NCBI GenBank assembly: GCA_963815495.1
Contig: CAWFGW010000007.1
Coordinates: 193,531-257,530, forward strand
Length of the DNA: 64,000 bases
DNA from: an uncultured Cytophagales bacterium
GTDB taxonomy: Bacteria; Bacteroidota; Bacteroidia; Cytophagales; JAAEPT01
Reading direction: 5' to 3'
Below are positions 40,474 to 48,970 of the stretch, piece by piece. How positions within the stretch are numbered: the stretch's first letter is position 1; every line of letters begins with the position of its first letter. A program made the translations under genes and the position numbers. The notes beneath the pieces are model-generated. The model made no database searches, had not been told where the DNA came from, and worked only from the letters and a program-made list of their open reading frames with translations.

Positions 40474-41258
40474 TAATTCAAGTAGAAAATCCTGCCATTG
40501 AAGTTCATGACTTAACGGTGAGCTATCAAAACAAACCCGTCTTATGGGCGATTGACTTCAGCATTCCCGAAGGAACTTTAGGAGGAATTATTGGACCCAA
40601 TGGTGCTGGTAAATCAACTTTGGTGAAGTCCATTATGGGCTTAATCGAAACCTCCAGTGGTTATGTTAAAATACTGAATCAGGACTTAGCTGATGTGCGC
40701 TTAAAGGTGAGTTATGTGCCCCAACGTGAATCGGTGGATTGGGATTTTCCTGCTTCGGTGTTGGATATTGTGATGATGGGGCGATACGGTAAACTAGGAC
40801 TTTTTAAACGGCCTCAGAAGGCGGATAAAGAAGCAGCAATCGAATGTCTCAATGATGTAGGTATGGCTGAATATGCCAACCGACAAATTGCGCAGCTATC
40901 TGGCGGACAACAGCAACGTGTGTTTTTAGCGCGTGCACTAGCACAAAATGCGGATATCTACTTTATGGATGAACCATTTGCTGGCGTAGATGTAGCAACA
41001 GAACAAGCCATCATTACGCTACTTCAAAAAATGCGTGACGCGGGAAAAACTGTTTTAGTAGTCCACCATGACTTACAGTCTGCTCAACATTATTTTGATT
41101 GGATTGTTTTGCTCAACCAACGCCTTATTGCTTCAGGTCCTATTGAAAAGGTATTTACAGCTGAATTGTTGCAAGAAACTTATGGCGGTAAATTAACTTT
41201 CTTAAGTCAATTAGGAAACTTATTTAAACGAGAGGATTTACCTCCGAGGAAAGCTTAA
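40470..41258 (+). CDS. Metal ABC transporter ATP-binding protein
   Basis: 262-aa ORF with Walker A GPNGAGKST, signature LSGGQQQR and Walker B IYFMDEP. It overlaps the SBP gene by 4 nt. Confidence 0.9.
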   Translation: MIIQVENPAIEVHDLTVSYQNKPVLWAIDFSIPEGTLGGIIGPNGAGKSTLVKSIMGLIETSSGYVKILNQDLADVRLKVSYVPQRESVDWDFPASVLDIVMMGRYGKLGLFKRPQKADKEAAIECLNDVGMAEYANRQIAQLSGGQQQRVFLARALAQNADIYFMDEPFAGVDVATEQAIITLLQKMRDAGKTVLVVHHDLQSAQHYFDWIVLLNQRLIASGPIEKVFTAELLQETYGGKLTFLSQLGNLFKREDLPPRKA

Positions 41259-41285
41259 GTAGTCTTGAGCTTCTTCTCTGTACTT

Positions 41286-41508
41286 GTCATTTCAATCCCA
41301 ATGGATCTGTGGTTATTCTTTCCAATCCCGATGGCTATCGCGGAGAGGAATCTAACTGAGCCAAAGACAACCATCTGTCTCTCAACTATTAGTCAACAGG
41401 AACGCGTTGCAAACGCGCTCCATCGTCTTACTAAATGCAGTTACAAACTGCTAGTACATCAGTAGACTTAAGTTACGCTGAAAAAGCTAAACTTAAGCCA
41501 GAGAGGGG
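41286..41508. repeat. Intergenic mosaic repeat block A1 (partial R1, R5, R3 modules)
   Basis: Starts 28 nt after the ATPase stop. Contains GAGAGGAATCTAACTGAG (41344-41360), GGAACGCGTTGCAAACGCGCTCCAT (41399-41423, identical to 49221-49245) and the roughly 75-nt R3 module (41434-41508, near-identical to 42225-42298). Confidence 0.85.
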
Positions 41509-41745
41509 AGTGATTACAAACAACAAAAAGTAATTGAAGAATGTATTGAAACAGATGAAGAGTTACTCGATGAATACCGCGATACGTTGGATGAGACAGG
41601 CTTAACAGAGGATATGATAGCAATCATTTCTCGACATATGAAAGAAATTGAAGAAACTATCACTGAATTAAAAGAACTACATAAAAAAGGTGACCATGAA
41701 GATTCAAATGCATATAGTACTAAAATTTTAGATGCTGGTGTATAA
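41497..41745 (+). pseudogene. Orphan 3' gene fragment (acidic helical peptide) without a credible start
   Basis: The frame is open from the in-frame TAA at 41494-41496, inside repeat R3, to TAA 41743-41745. It translates AREGSDYKQQKVIEECIETDEELLDEYRDTLDETGLTEDMIAIISRHMKEIEETITELKELHKKGDHEDSNAYSTKILDAGV. The first possible starts are TTG 41587 and ATG 41614. It is followed by its own strong terminator. Confidence 0.35.
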
Positions 41746-41784
41746 TATTCACTGTCATCGATAATTTAAAGCTGGATAAAAAAG

Positions 41785-41824
41785 AACCCCACTTATCGTG
41801 GATGATAAGTGGGGTTTTGTGTTT
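41785..41824 (+). terminator. Rho-independent terminator
   Basis: AACCCCACTTATC (41785-41797), loop GTGGAT, GATAAGTGGGGTT (41804-41816), then TTTTGTGTTT. The 13-bp stem is perfect. Confidence 0.75.
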
Positions 41825-42150
41825 ATAGAACTGTCATTTGCGGATTTTAGGAGCTCTCGGGATGGAAATAATATTGGTGTTTTGCGATGGGTGGATTCCA
41901 GAATATTGTCATTCCTTTTCAGTAGTGTCATTCGTTTTAAATACTGTCATTCCTAGCCTGCCTTGCCGGCAGGCAGGGAACGAGGATCCAACTGAGGCGG
42001 AGACGGATTTTAGACTTACGATTGGTGGATTCTTCCTTCGTCAGAATGACAAATAGGATTTGAATTGTCATTCCTTTCCATCACTGTCATCATTCCGAGC
42101 CCGCCTTGCCTGCAGGCAGGGGACGAGGAATCTAACTGAGGTGGAGACGG

Positions 42151-42215
42151 GTAACATTCGTTTTCAGTACTATTAAGGTCACAAGGACCGCTACGCTTAA
42201 CCTTGCGCCATAGGG
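42151..42215 (+). repeat. R2 module copy A (65 nt)
   Basis: GTAACATTCGTTTTCAGTACTATTAAGGTCACAAGGACCGCTACGCTTAACCTTGCGCCATAGGG. It differs from copy D only at TATT-AA-GG versus TATT-GTA-GG. Confidence 0.95.
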
Positions 42216-42341
42216 TGTGTATTAAACGCAGTTACAAACTGCTACAACATCTGTAGACTTAAGTTACGCTGAAATAGCTAAACTTAAGCCAGAGGGGGTT
42301 AGTCACGCATTACCGTTGCACTCAAATGCGCGCCAGCAGGG

Positions 42342-42397
42342 GTTTCAGTACTATTGTAGGTCACAAGGACCGCTACGCTTAACCTTGCGCCATAGGG
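42342..42397 (+). repeat. R2 module copy B (5'-truncated)
   Basis: TTTCAGTACTATTGTAGGTCACAAGGACCGCTACGCTTAACCTTGCGCCATAGGG, identical to the corresponding part of copy D. Confidence 0.95.
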
Positions 42398-42533
42398 TGA
42401 ATTTGACTCATGGCCATCAATTGCTTTTCACCTCATTCAAATTGACCCGAAAAGTGGTGCGGAACCTACCTTCATCAAAAAACTATTTACTGCCAAGGCA
42501 AAAAACTTCTTTAAAAACAAAATAAGTAGTCCC

Positions 42534-42941
42534 TTGCGAAACAACCCCGCTTATGTGTTTAACCTATTAGACACCAGCACAAAGGTGGATGCAGGTAAAC
42601 TCACCGAACAGCTAAACGAGAAGAAAGAGGAACCTACTATTACCAAAAACCCTTACTCACCTATTAAAGAGGTAGATTTACACATCGAAAACCTACGCGA
42701 AGACTTTGAGTTTTTAAAACCCGAAGAGATTCTCCCTATCCAGCTTGAATTATTTGAAAAAGCACTAGACTCTGCCATTGCTGACAACTGTGATGAAATC
42801 ACGTTTATTCATGGTGTTGGTGCTGGTAAGTTGAAATACGAAATCAGTAAAGTACTCAGCAAACACCCGCATGTGAAGTTTTATCAAGATGCTGATAAAC
42901 AAAAGTTTGGTTATGGTGCAACTAAGGCAACACTTGCGTGA
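42534..42941 (+). CDS. Smr-domain protein, apparently 5'-truncated at a repeat boundary
   Basis: 135-aa ORF from TTG 42534. The C-terminal EITFIHGVGAGKLKYEISKVLSKHPHVKFY matches the Smr domain. The same frame is open upstream to 42396, immediately after an in-frame TAG inside the R2 copy. Confidence 0.7.
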   Translation: MRNNPAYVFNLLDTSTKVDAGKLTEQLNEKKEEPTITKNPYSPIKEVDLHIENLREDFEFLKPEEILPIQLELFEKALDSAIADNCDEITFIHGVGAGKLKYEISKVLSKHPHVKFYQDADKQKFGYGATKATLA

Positions 42942-42964
42942 TAGTTAATTTTAATAGAAGCGAA

Positions 42965-43176
42965 CCTTAGACTTACGATTGGTAGATTCCGGACAAGCTC
43001 CATTCCATTACCGTCATTCCGTAAAATGTGAGAAACGAGCATTTATGCAGAATCTAACTGAGGCGGAGACGAGGTTCTGGCTTACGATGGGCAGATTCCG
43101 GACCTGCCTTGCCAGCAGGCTGGCATGTTTCACTTCGTTGCACAATTCCGGAATGACGTGTGAGAGATGAATGACG
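42965..43176. repeat. Intergenic mosaic repeat block B (R4-type hairpins, partial R1)
   Basis: Contains TTAGACTTACGATTGGTAGATTCCGGAC, CCGTCATTCCG, GAATCTAACTGAGGCGGAGACGAGG, and CTTACGATGGGCAGATTCCGGACCTGCCTTGCCAGCAGGCTGGCATGTTTCACTTCGTTGCACAATTCCGGAATGACG (43081-43158). Confidence 0.9.
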
Positions 43177-43183
43177 TGCTAGA

Positions 43184-44584
43184 CTATTTATTCCCTTGTA
43201 CTAAATACCAATCTACCCATGCATCCATTTGCTTTACTGAGTTGGGTCTTAATAAAATCTCTCGTTTTTCATTTAATAAATACATGGTTGGTGTGCCGAA
43301 AACATAGTAATCTTTTACGGGTGTGCTATTCCATTTTTGATAATCGCAACTGGAAATAAAAGGAAATTCAGATGTGAAATTCTCAAATAACTCTTTGCTT
43401 TCATCGAGCGATATATAGACTACTTCAACACCTTGTGCATTCCATTTTGAATACTGGTTGGCGATTTCAGGAAGCTCTTCTGTACATTTCTGACACCAAC
43501 TAGCCCCAAAAACAACAACCATGTATTTATTCTTTAGGTCAGAGAGTTTATTGGGAGCTTTATTTTGTCCGTATCCTGGAGCAAAATTATCGCCACTGAA
43601 AAGTATGTCAGGTGCTATATTTCCCTTTTTCATGGCTCGGTAACTTTCTAGCTGATTTGCAAGGTCGCTGTTTATGGTGCAGCTTGTTTCATTTAATACT
43701 TTTAATGCTAAATACTCTGAAGCCTTAAACAAACTATGGCGCTCCAATAAATCGAACAGGTAATCGGTAACTTCGTTGAGTTTTTTCTCGTCTTTTGTGA
43801 GACGTTCCATCATGGCATCAATGGAAATTTTCATTTCAATAAACACAGAATCTAAGGAACGACCGCTATTTTCTAATAACCAAAAGTGGTTATCTATGGC
43901 ATCTTTAAATAAACCGCTTTTGTACAATCGCTGATCTGTGTAATCTATCGCTCTAAAGGCGGCTATCGTTGCCGGCATTTCTTCTGGGCGGTATTGTGCA
44001 ACAACGGATACGGAACTTACTAACTTACGTGTAGGCAAAAACCAACTAATGTAGCTGTCGTTAGGTAGCTGATTTAAAAATGATTCATCTTCATCTTTTA
44101 TACGTTGTTTTTCTGATTGAATGGCTTTGTTGGGTGTTTTTTGAACTGTAAATAAAGTGTCTAATTTATAAATTTTCTCTAGGTACACCCAAGCACTCAA
44201 CGCTTGTTCCCTTCGAGGATGCTCTCTGGCGTATTGCTCAAACCATATATTTTCTTGTCCTTTGGCGATTTTTATGGATGCTATATTACTCAAAGACGCT
44301 CCAACTAATTCAATATCCTCGCCACTTAAAATTACAAACAATGGTTTTTCATCAGCCGACATTAGGTAACCGACTCCATAATCGGCTTTAGAATAGGTGA
44401 GTTTAAAATTGCCTTTATCATCAATGGTTGATGATGAAATTGGGTAGGTTGTGAGACCGTTGAAACCTTCAAGTTTAATGGGCTGGTTGGCGAGTTGCGA
44501 TAAATTGCCGATGATGTTTTGTGCACTTAAAAAAGTAGTGCAAAATAGACTTATTAATAGTATTGATAGTATTTTTTTCATCAC
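43184..44584 (-). CDS. Secreted thioredoxin-fold (TlpA-like) thiol-disulfide oxidoreductase
   Basis: 466-aa ORF with a signal peptide and CxxC motif FGASWCQKCTEELPE in the C-terminal thioredoxin fold. The architecture parallels 28928..30418. Confidence 0.8.
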   Translation of the reverse strand: MMKKILSILLISLFCTTFLSAQNIIGNLSQLANQPIKLEGFNGLTTYPISSSTIDDKGNFKLTYSKADYGVGYLMSADEKPLFVILSGEDIELVGASLSNIASIKIAKGQENIWFEQYAREHPRREQALSAWVYLEKIYKLDTLFTVQKTPNKAIQSEKQRIKDEDESFLNQLPNDSYISWFLPTRKLVSSVSVVAQYRPEEMPATIAAFRAIDYTDQRLYKSGLFKDAIDNHFWLLENSGRSLDSVFIEMKISIDAMMERLTKDEKKLNEVTDYLFDLLERHSLFKASEYLALKVLNETSCTINSDLANQLESYRAMKKGNIAPDILFSGDNFAPGYGQNKAPNKLSDLKNKYMVVVFGASWCQKCTEELPEIANQYSKWNAQGVEVVYISLDESKELFENFTSEFPFISSCDYQKWNSTPVKDYYVFGTPTMYLLNEKREILLRPNSVKQMDAWVDWYLVQGNK

Positions 44585-44668
44585 GTGCTAATTAAACAGG
44601 GTTGTTGCCAGCATATTTAATCATAATCGGCTAATTATTTCATTCGACCCTGTCTCGTTACAAATATC

Positions 44669-45092
44669 GACATTCCTTTTCAATACTGTCATTCCGTTTC
44701 CATTATTGTTATTCTGCTAGCCTTGCCAACAGGCAGGACAAAGGAGGAATCTAATTGAGGAAGAGACGGGTAACATTCGTTTTCAGTACTATTGTAGATT
44801 ACAAGAACCGCTACGCTTAACCTTGCGCCATAGGGGATTCCGGACAAACACTCGTTCCTCGTATTTTCCGGAATGACGTGGTATATTAATCTTGTAACGT
44901 CATTCCGGAATTTCGCAACGAAGTGAAGAAATGTCCGGAATCTCCCTATCGACAACCAGAATGGATTAAAACAAAAAGGAATGCTTTCTTCAAACATTCC
45001 CTTTCTTACTACTTTCCAATAACCGAAGCTACAAGCTTCTCTCGTATTAAAAGACTTAAGCTCACTTCGTAAAGCTTAAGCCAGTTGAGGGG
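44669..45092. repeat. Intergenic mosaic repeat block C (R1, R2, R4 direct, R4 inverted, degenerate R3)
   Basis: R1 ends at 44769, R2 is 44770-44835, R4(+) is 44836-44878, R4(-) is 44898-44961, and an R3-like CTTAAGC...GCTTAAG hairpin is at 45045-45092. Confidence 0.9.
44770..44835 (+). repeat. R2 module copy C (66 nt)
   Basis: GTAACATTCGTTTTCAGTACTATTGTAGATTACAAGAACCGCTACGCTTAACCTTGCGCCATAGGG, with 3 substitutions relative to copy D. Confidence 0.95.
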
Positions 45093-45117
45093 ACAAATCG
45101 CTTCGCTAATCAAAGTA

Positions 45118-46308
45118 TCATTCCTTAAGGCAACGAACAGAGACCCCGACCGCTCGGAGGCTGGTGCCCATGCCGGCATTGCTGCTAATGAAGAAGAGGT
45201 GGCGCGAACTAGTGCTGCTAACCGAACTGCTCCAATAGAGGCCGAAGGTACCGACATTGCTGAGCGAACCATTGCTGTCGAGGCGGCGGCCCGCCATGGG
45301 CAATTTAAGCAGAGAGGCAAAAGCACCTACTCCGTTGTTGCTGCTCCAACTTGTGCGTTCTGCGTTTAATTCTTCTTCTGTAGGTAAACGATACCCACTT
45401 GGGCAAGGGTTGTTTACCCCATTTACGCCTTCCCAAAGATTTAAGTTTTGTGTACTGCGCCAATCGTAATTCCCTGAGTTTACAGTTATAAAGTTACCAT
45501 GCCCTGGCTGATCCGTAGTGCTTAATGTACTAGTAGTTGATGATGTGCGACACTGATGCCCATCTGCACCGCGTCCCCATTGGTATAAATCTCCATAAGA
45601 AGCTGCATCGGTGCTGCTTGTGGCTACCTGTGTAGCACCAAGGTTTCTATCCATCCATGTTTTTCCTGTAATTGGGTTGGTAACATCCACTATTTCAGTT
45701 GGTTCTCCACAATGAACCGTACCAACTGGCCATGGATCCGTTACAGTTCCTCCCCCATTCTCCAAGGCCTCAATTCGCGCAATCAAAGCATCTACATATC
45801 CTTTTGTTACTGCGTCTTTCGCCTCAGTAGGATCAGCTAAATTTTTAATTTGAACAGCACCAGCATCGTTTCCTTGGGTTAATACATTTGTTAACGAAAC
45901 ATTAACGCTACCTGCACTTTTTGCATATTCTGCATAAGGCACTGTCGCAAATTGCATGGTTCCCATTACTACGTAGTTGGTTCCACCGGCTAAGTCCATT
46001 TCGGTGCGTAAGAAGGTGCTGCTTGCGCCCCAGTTAATGGCGTTAAAGTCGTTGCTGCTTGTTCCTTTGCCTACTACTAAGTTGATGATGCCATTCGCAT
46101 CGGAAGTTACGGTATGGGTTTCTGTATAGACTACTGTTCCATTTACTGAACCGGTGGTAATGGATAACCGCAAACCGATGGCTTGGTTGGCTACTAAGTC
46201 GTTGTTGGCGTTGCGAGCCACCGCTTGGTAATTGATTCCTTCGGTTACTTGAGCGAAGGAGAGAACAGCGGTTAAATAAGCTAGGAGAAGGATGGGGATT
46301 TTTTTCAT
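45118..46308 (-). CDS. Secreted Fib_succ_major (FISUMP) lectin-like domain protein with the shared N-terminal GINYQA module
   Basis: 396-aa ORF with a signal peptide. The N-terminal module is GINYQAVARNANNDLVANQAIGLRLSI. The C-terminal half (WMDRNLGA ... YGDLYQWGR ... GYRLPT.EEL ... LKLPMAGRR ... GLYWSSS ... GVSVRC) matches the Fibrobacter succinogenes major paralogous domain pattern. Confidence 0.8.
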   Translation of the reverse strand: MKKIPILLLAYLTAVLSFAQVTEGINYQAVARNANNDLVANQAIGLRLSITTGSVNGTVVYTETHTVTSDANGIINLVVGKGTSSNDFNAINWGASSTFLRTEMDLAGGTNYVVMGTMQFATVPYAEYAKSAGSVNVSLTNVLTQGNDAGAVQIKNLADPTEAKDAVTKGYVDALIARIEALENGGGTVTDPWPVGTVHCGEPTEIVDVTNPITGKTWMDRNLGATQVATSSTDAASYGDLYQWGRGADGHQCRTSSTTSTLSTTDQPGHGNFITVNSGNYDWRSTQNLNLWEGVNGVNNPCPSGYRLPTEEELNAERTSWSSNNGVGAFASLLKLPMAGRRLDSNGSLSNVGTFGLYWSSSVSSTSSRHLFFISSNAGMGTSLRAVGVSVRCLKE

Positions 46309-46353
46309 GGTGGTGGTATTGTTTGGTAATGTTATGTTCGTTTTTATGATTGG

Positions 46354-46532
46354 GAGATCCTTCGTTGCACTCAGGATGACGGTTAAAATTTTAATTTCGT
46401 TTTTATTATTTAAAGATTCTTCACTACGCTCCTGCCTCGCGGCAAGGCGGGCGGTTTCGAGTTTTTATTTCGTTTTCAATATTTACAGATTCCGGACATT
46501 TCTTCACTGCGTTACGAAATTCCGGAATGACG
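46354..46532. repeat. Intergenic mosaic repeat block D
   Basis: Contains GAGATCCTTCGTTGCACTCAGGATGACGG, AGATTCTTCACTACGCTCCTGCCTCGCGGCAAGGCGGGCGG, and R4(+) AGATTCCGGACATTTCTTCACTGCGTTACGAAATTCCGGAATGACG (46487-46532). Confidence 0.9.
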
Positions 46533-46543
46533 TTTCTAGACTA

Positions 46544-48880
46544 TTATTGTTTCACAATTTTATGAAATTCAGACAGCCCTTGGTCGTCTGTTATTCTTAA
46601 GTAATAAACACCTGAAGACAAATCAGTAGGTACGGTCACCTGACCTGCTCCTTGTATTGTTTCTGTGTATTGGGTAACTCCGTTTAAGTCTATTAATTGA
46701 ATGCTGAGGTGTTGGTCTGAGTCTCGTGTATTGTTTATCGTGATATACTCCTGAAATGGGTTGGGTGAAATACTGATACGTTTAGTTTCATAATTGCCAA
46801 CACGTGTGCTCGGAAGCGAATTGGTTATAAAAAACTCATTATTAGAACGATAGCCAGAATTCACCTCACAATATGCCATAATAGCCCATTTGTATGATGT
46901 TGAAGGTAATAATGATGGTAATTCAAATTCGATATCTGTGGTTTCAACATATTTCCAATTCGTATGAGCCGTTTCTGAATAGCGAATATTATACCTTATA
47001 GCACCGTCAACACTATTCCACCTCAATGTGGCAGTATTATCATTCGTTAAAACTTCTCTCCTGTTTATAGGTGTTTCACAAATATCACCATTTGTAACAA
47101 ACACATGGTTTAATGTAGTAAAACTAGTCGGAATATATGCTCCGTCATCACAAACAGTAACGATTTGCCATCGATAGTAAGTAGCTGAAATTAGGTTTGA
47201 AATTTTGATGGTAGTTGCTCCAGATACTCTCAGATAATTCCATTGATCGATTCCAACTGCCTTTTTATAGCGTATACGATAGGTTTTCCCTGGGCTCCCA
47301 GACCATGATAAATAAGCTGATGTTTCTGTTATACTAGTTGCTGAAAGATTATAGGGTGCTCCACAAACCGAAGTATTCCTAGTGTTGAAAGTAGCTGTCG
47401 CTGATTCTATTGTTTGATATTCAGTGCAATAAGTTAACACCTTCCATTCATATTGAGTACCAGTATTGAGGTCAGCTCCTAAAATTAATAGCTCTTGATT
47501 TGATGAATTAATTTCAAGCCAAACAGATTCATTTACACTTTTATACTTTATCGTGTTGGGCAGTAAATCAGAAGTATTACTCCAGTTCAATTTTACTGAA
47601 TTATCATTATAAACAATTGATTCTAAATCCGTTGATTGATTGCATGGTTTGTTCTCTGTTTGTAAAAAGCCTTGGTTTAACTTGGCATCTGTTTGTTGAA
47701 AATAAGCGTTCACTGCGCCTCCGATGGCTATGGTTACCATTGCTGAGCTCTTTGTGTAGGTTGTACCACCTGAATTAACCGTTTGGTGATAGGGTTTTTC
47801 AAGACAAAAATTAGATGTTTCAAAAACATGTTCTTTAGAAACAGTACAACCCGTTGAAGACGTGTATTGAACAATCACTTTTTCTGCGGTGGTGATTTCA
47901 GTTCCAAAATGTACCGATACGGTTTCACCCTGAGTAGATAATAATGAACCTTCGCCTGTGTACACCCAATTATATACACCAGCATCGGTATGGTTGGCAG
48001 CAACGGATACTTCTATGGTGCTGTTGGGGCAAACTTGGTTGTCTCCAACCACATCAAATTCATATACTGGAATTGTAATTGATGTTGATGCGCTAACACT
48101 ACAGGCTGCCACTGTTCCTACAACTTCAACAGATTCAGACGACAAAGGAGCATACGTTATGGTCCGACTAGCACCTATTAGCTCGCCTGCAACAAACCAT
48201 TGATAAGTATCAAAGGTTGTTTCATTGGCAGTGAAACTTATTGCTTCACCTGCACAAGCACTCAATTGGGTATAGTCAATACTAATTCCTGTCGTCAGGC
48301 AATTAAGAATACTTGCATAGGCCTCTTGTGTATCATCTTCTGTATTATCCAACACCTGATCGGCAGCTGTTATTTCTGCTACCAAGTGGACATTATTCAT
48401 TTCCCCTTGAACACCTGATGTTGCGTCTATAGTAATAATTAACTCAAAAGTTGCTCCTGCAGCAATTTGTGGCACAACTACGTTTGGTGAGTTTAAGTTT
48501 GAACTCACTCCACTAGGTAGTTCGAGGTTTATCGTCACATTGACATTCGTTGCCGTTGTAGTGCTTACATTGGAAACGGTGATTTTAAAAAATTCTACTC
48601 CCGTAAATGGCGCCTGACCTACTTCTGTCATTACTTCAATAGCAACTGCCAAGTCTATTTCATTATCACTCCCTAATTGAAAACCTTGATTTAACGCATT
48701 TTGATAGGAAGCATCCACAGCTCCACCTAGTGAAACGGACAAGTAACCTGCTGAATTTGAAAGTGTGCCACCACCAGAATTCACGGTTTGATGAGGCATA
48801 TTTTGGGCAAAGGAAAGCTCGCTTAAAACTAAAAGTGCTATTGAGACTAAAAATACACGAACAAAATTTCCGCTGGTCAT
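46544..48880 (-). CDS. T9SS cargo: Ig-like region plus four FN3-like domains plus type-A CTD
   Basis: 778-aa ORF with a signal peptide. FN3-like units are present (e.g. APYNLSATSITETSAYLSWSG...YRIRYK). The C-terminus ISISPNPFQEYITINN...GVYYLRITDDQG...HKIVKQ is a T9SS sorting domain. The N-terminal motif QTVNSGGGT...LNQGFQ recurs internally. Confidence 0.75.
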   Translation of the reverse strand: MTSGNFVRVFLVSIALLVLSELSFAQNMPHQTVNSGGGTLSNSAGYLSVSLGGAVDASYQNALNQGFQLGSDNEIDLAVAIEVMTEVGQAPFTGVEFFKITVSNVSTTTATNVNVTINLELPSGVSSNLNSPNVVVPQIAAGATFELIITIDATSGVQGEMNNVHLVAEITAADQVLDNTEDDTQEAYASILNCLTTGISIDYTQLSACAGEAISFTANETTFDTYQWFVAGELIGASRTITYAPLSSESVEVVGTVAACSVSASTSITIPVYEFDVVGDNQVCPNSTIEVSVAANHTDAGVYNWVYTGEGSLLSTQGETVSVHFGTEITTAEKVIVQYTSSTGCTVSKEHVFETSNFCLEKPYHQTVNSGGTTYTKSSAMVTIAIGGAVNAYFQQTDAKLNQGFLQTENKPCNQSTDLESIVYNDNSVKLNWSNTSDLLPNTIKYKSVNESVWLEINSSNQELLILGADLNTGTQYEWKVLTYCTEYQTIESATATFNTRNTSVCGAPYNLSATSITETSAYLSWSGSPGKTYRIRYKKAVGIDQWNYLRVSGATTIKISNLISATYYRWQIVTVCDDGAYIPTSFTTLNHVFVTNGDICETPINRREVLTNDNTATLRWNSVDGAIRYNIRYSETAHTNWKYVETTDIEFELPSLLPSTSYKWAIMAYCEVNSGYRSNNEFFITNSLPSTRVGNYETKRISISPNPFQEYITINNTRDSDQHLSIQLIDLNGVTQYTETIQGAGQVTVPTDLSSGVYYLRITDDQGLSEFHKIVKQ

Positions 48881-48970
48881 TGACTTACTTAATAATAATG
48901 TAGCTAAAGTAGCTGGTCTTTATTTTATAAACAAACGTTATTGTTGTTTTTTAAAGATGGCGTTAATTAC

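Larger units (their letters stand above)
41831..42397. repeat. Intergenic mosaic repeat block A2 (several TGTCATTC heads, two R1, two R2, one R3)
   Basis: TGTCATTCC or one-off variants start at 41832, 41907, 41927, 41945, 42066 and 42085. R1 copies end at 42006 and 42150. R2 lies at 42151-42215 and 42342-42397, and R3 at 42225-42298. Confidence 0.9.

Noticed and set aside
45009-45369. Overlapping ORFs 45009..45326 (-) and 45085..45369 (+) at the 3' end of the Fib_succ_major gene
   Set aside because: They overlap a well-supported CDS whose translation carries conserved family motifs. They exist only because this segment is G/C-rich and lacks stop codons in several frames.
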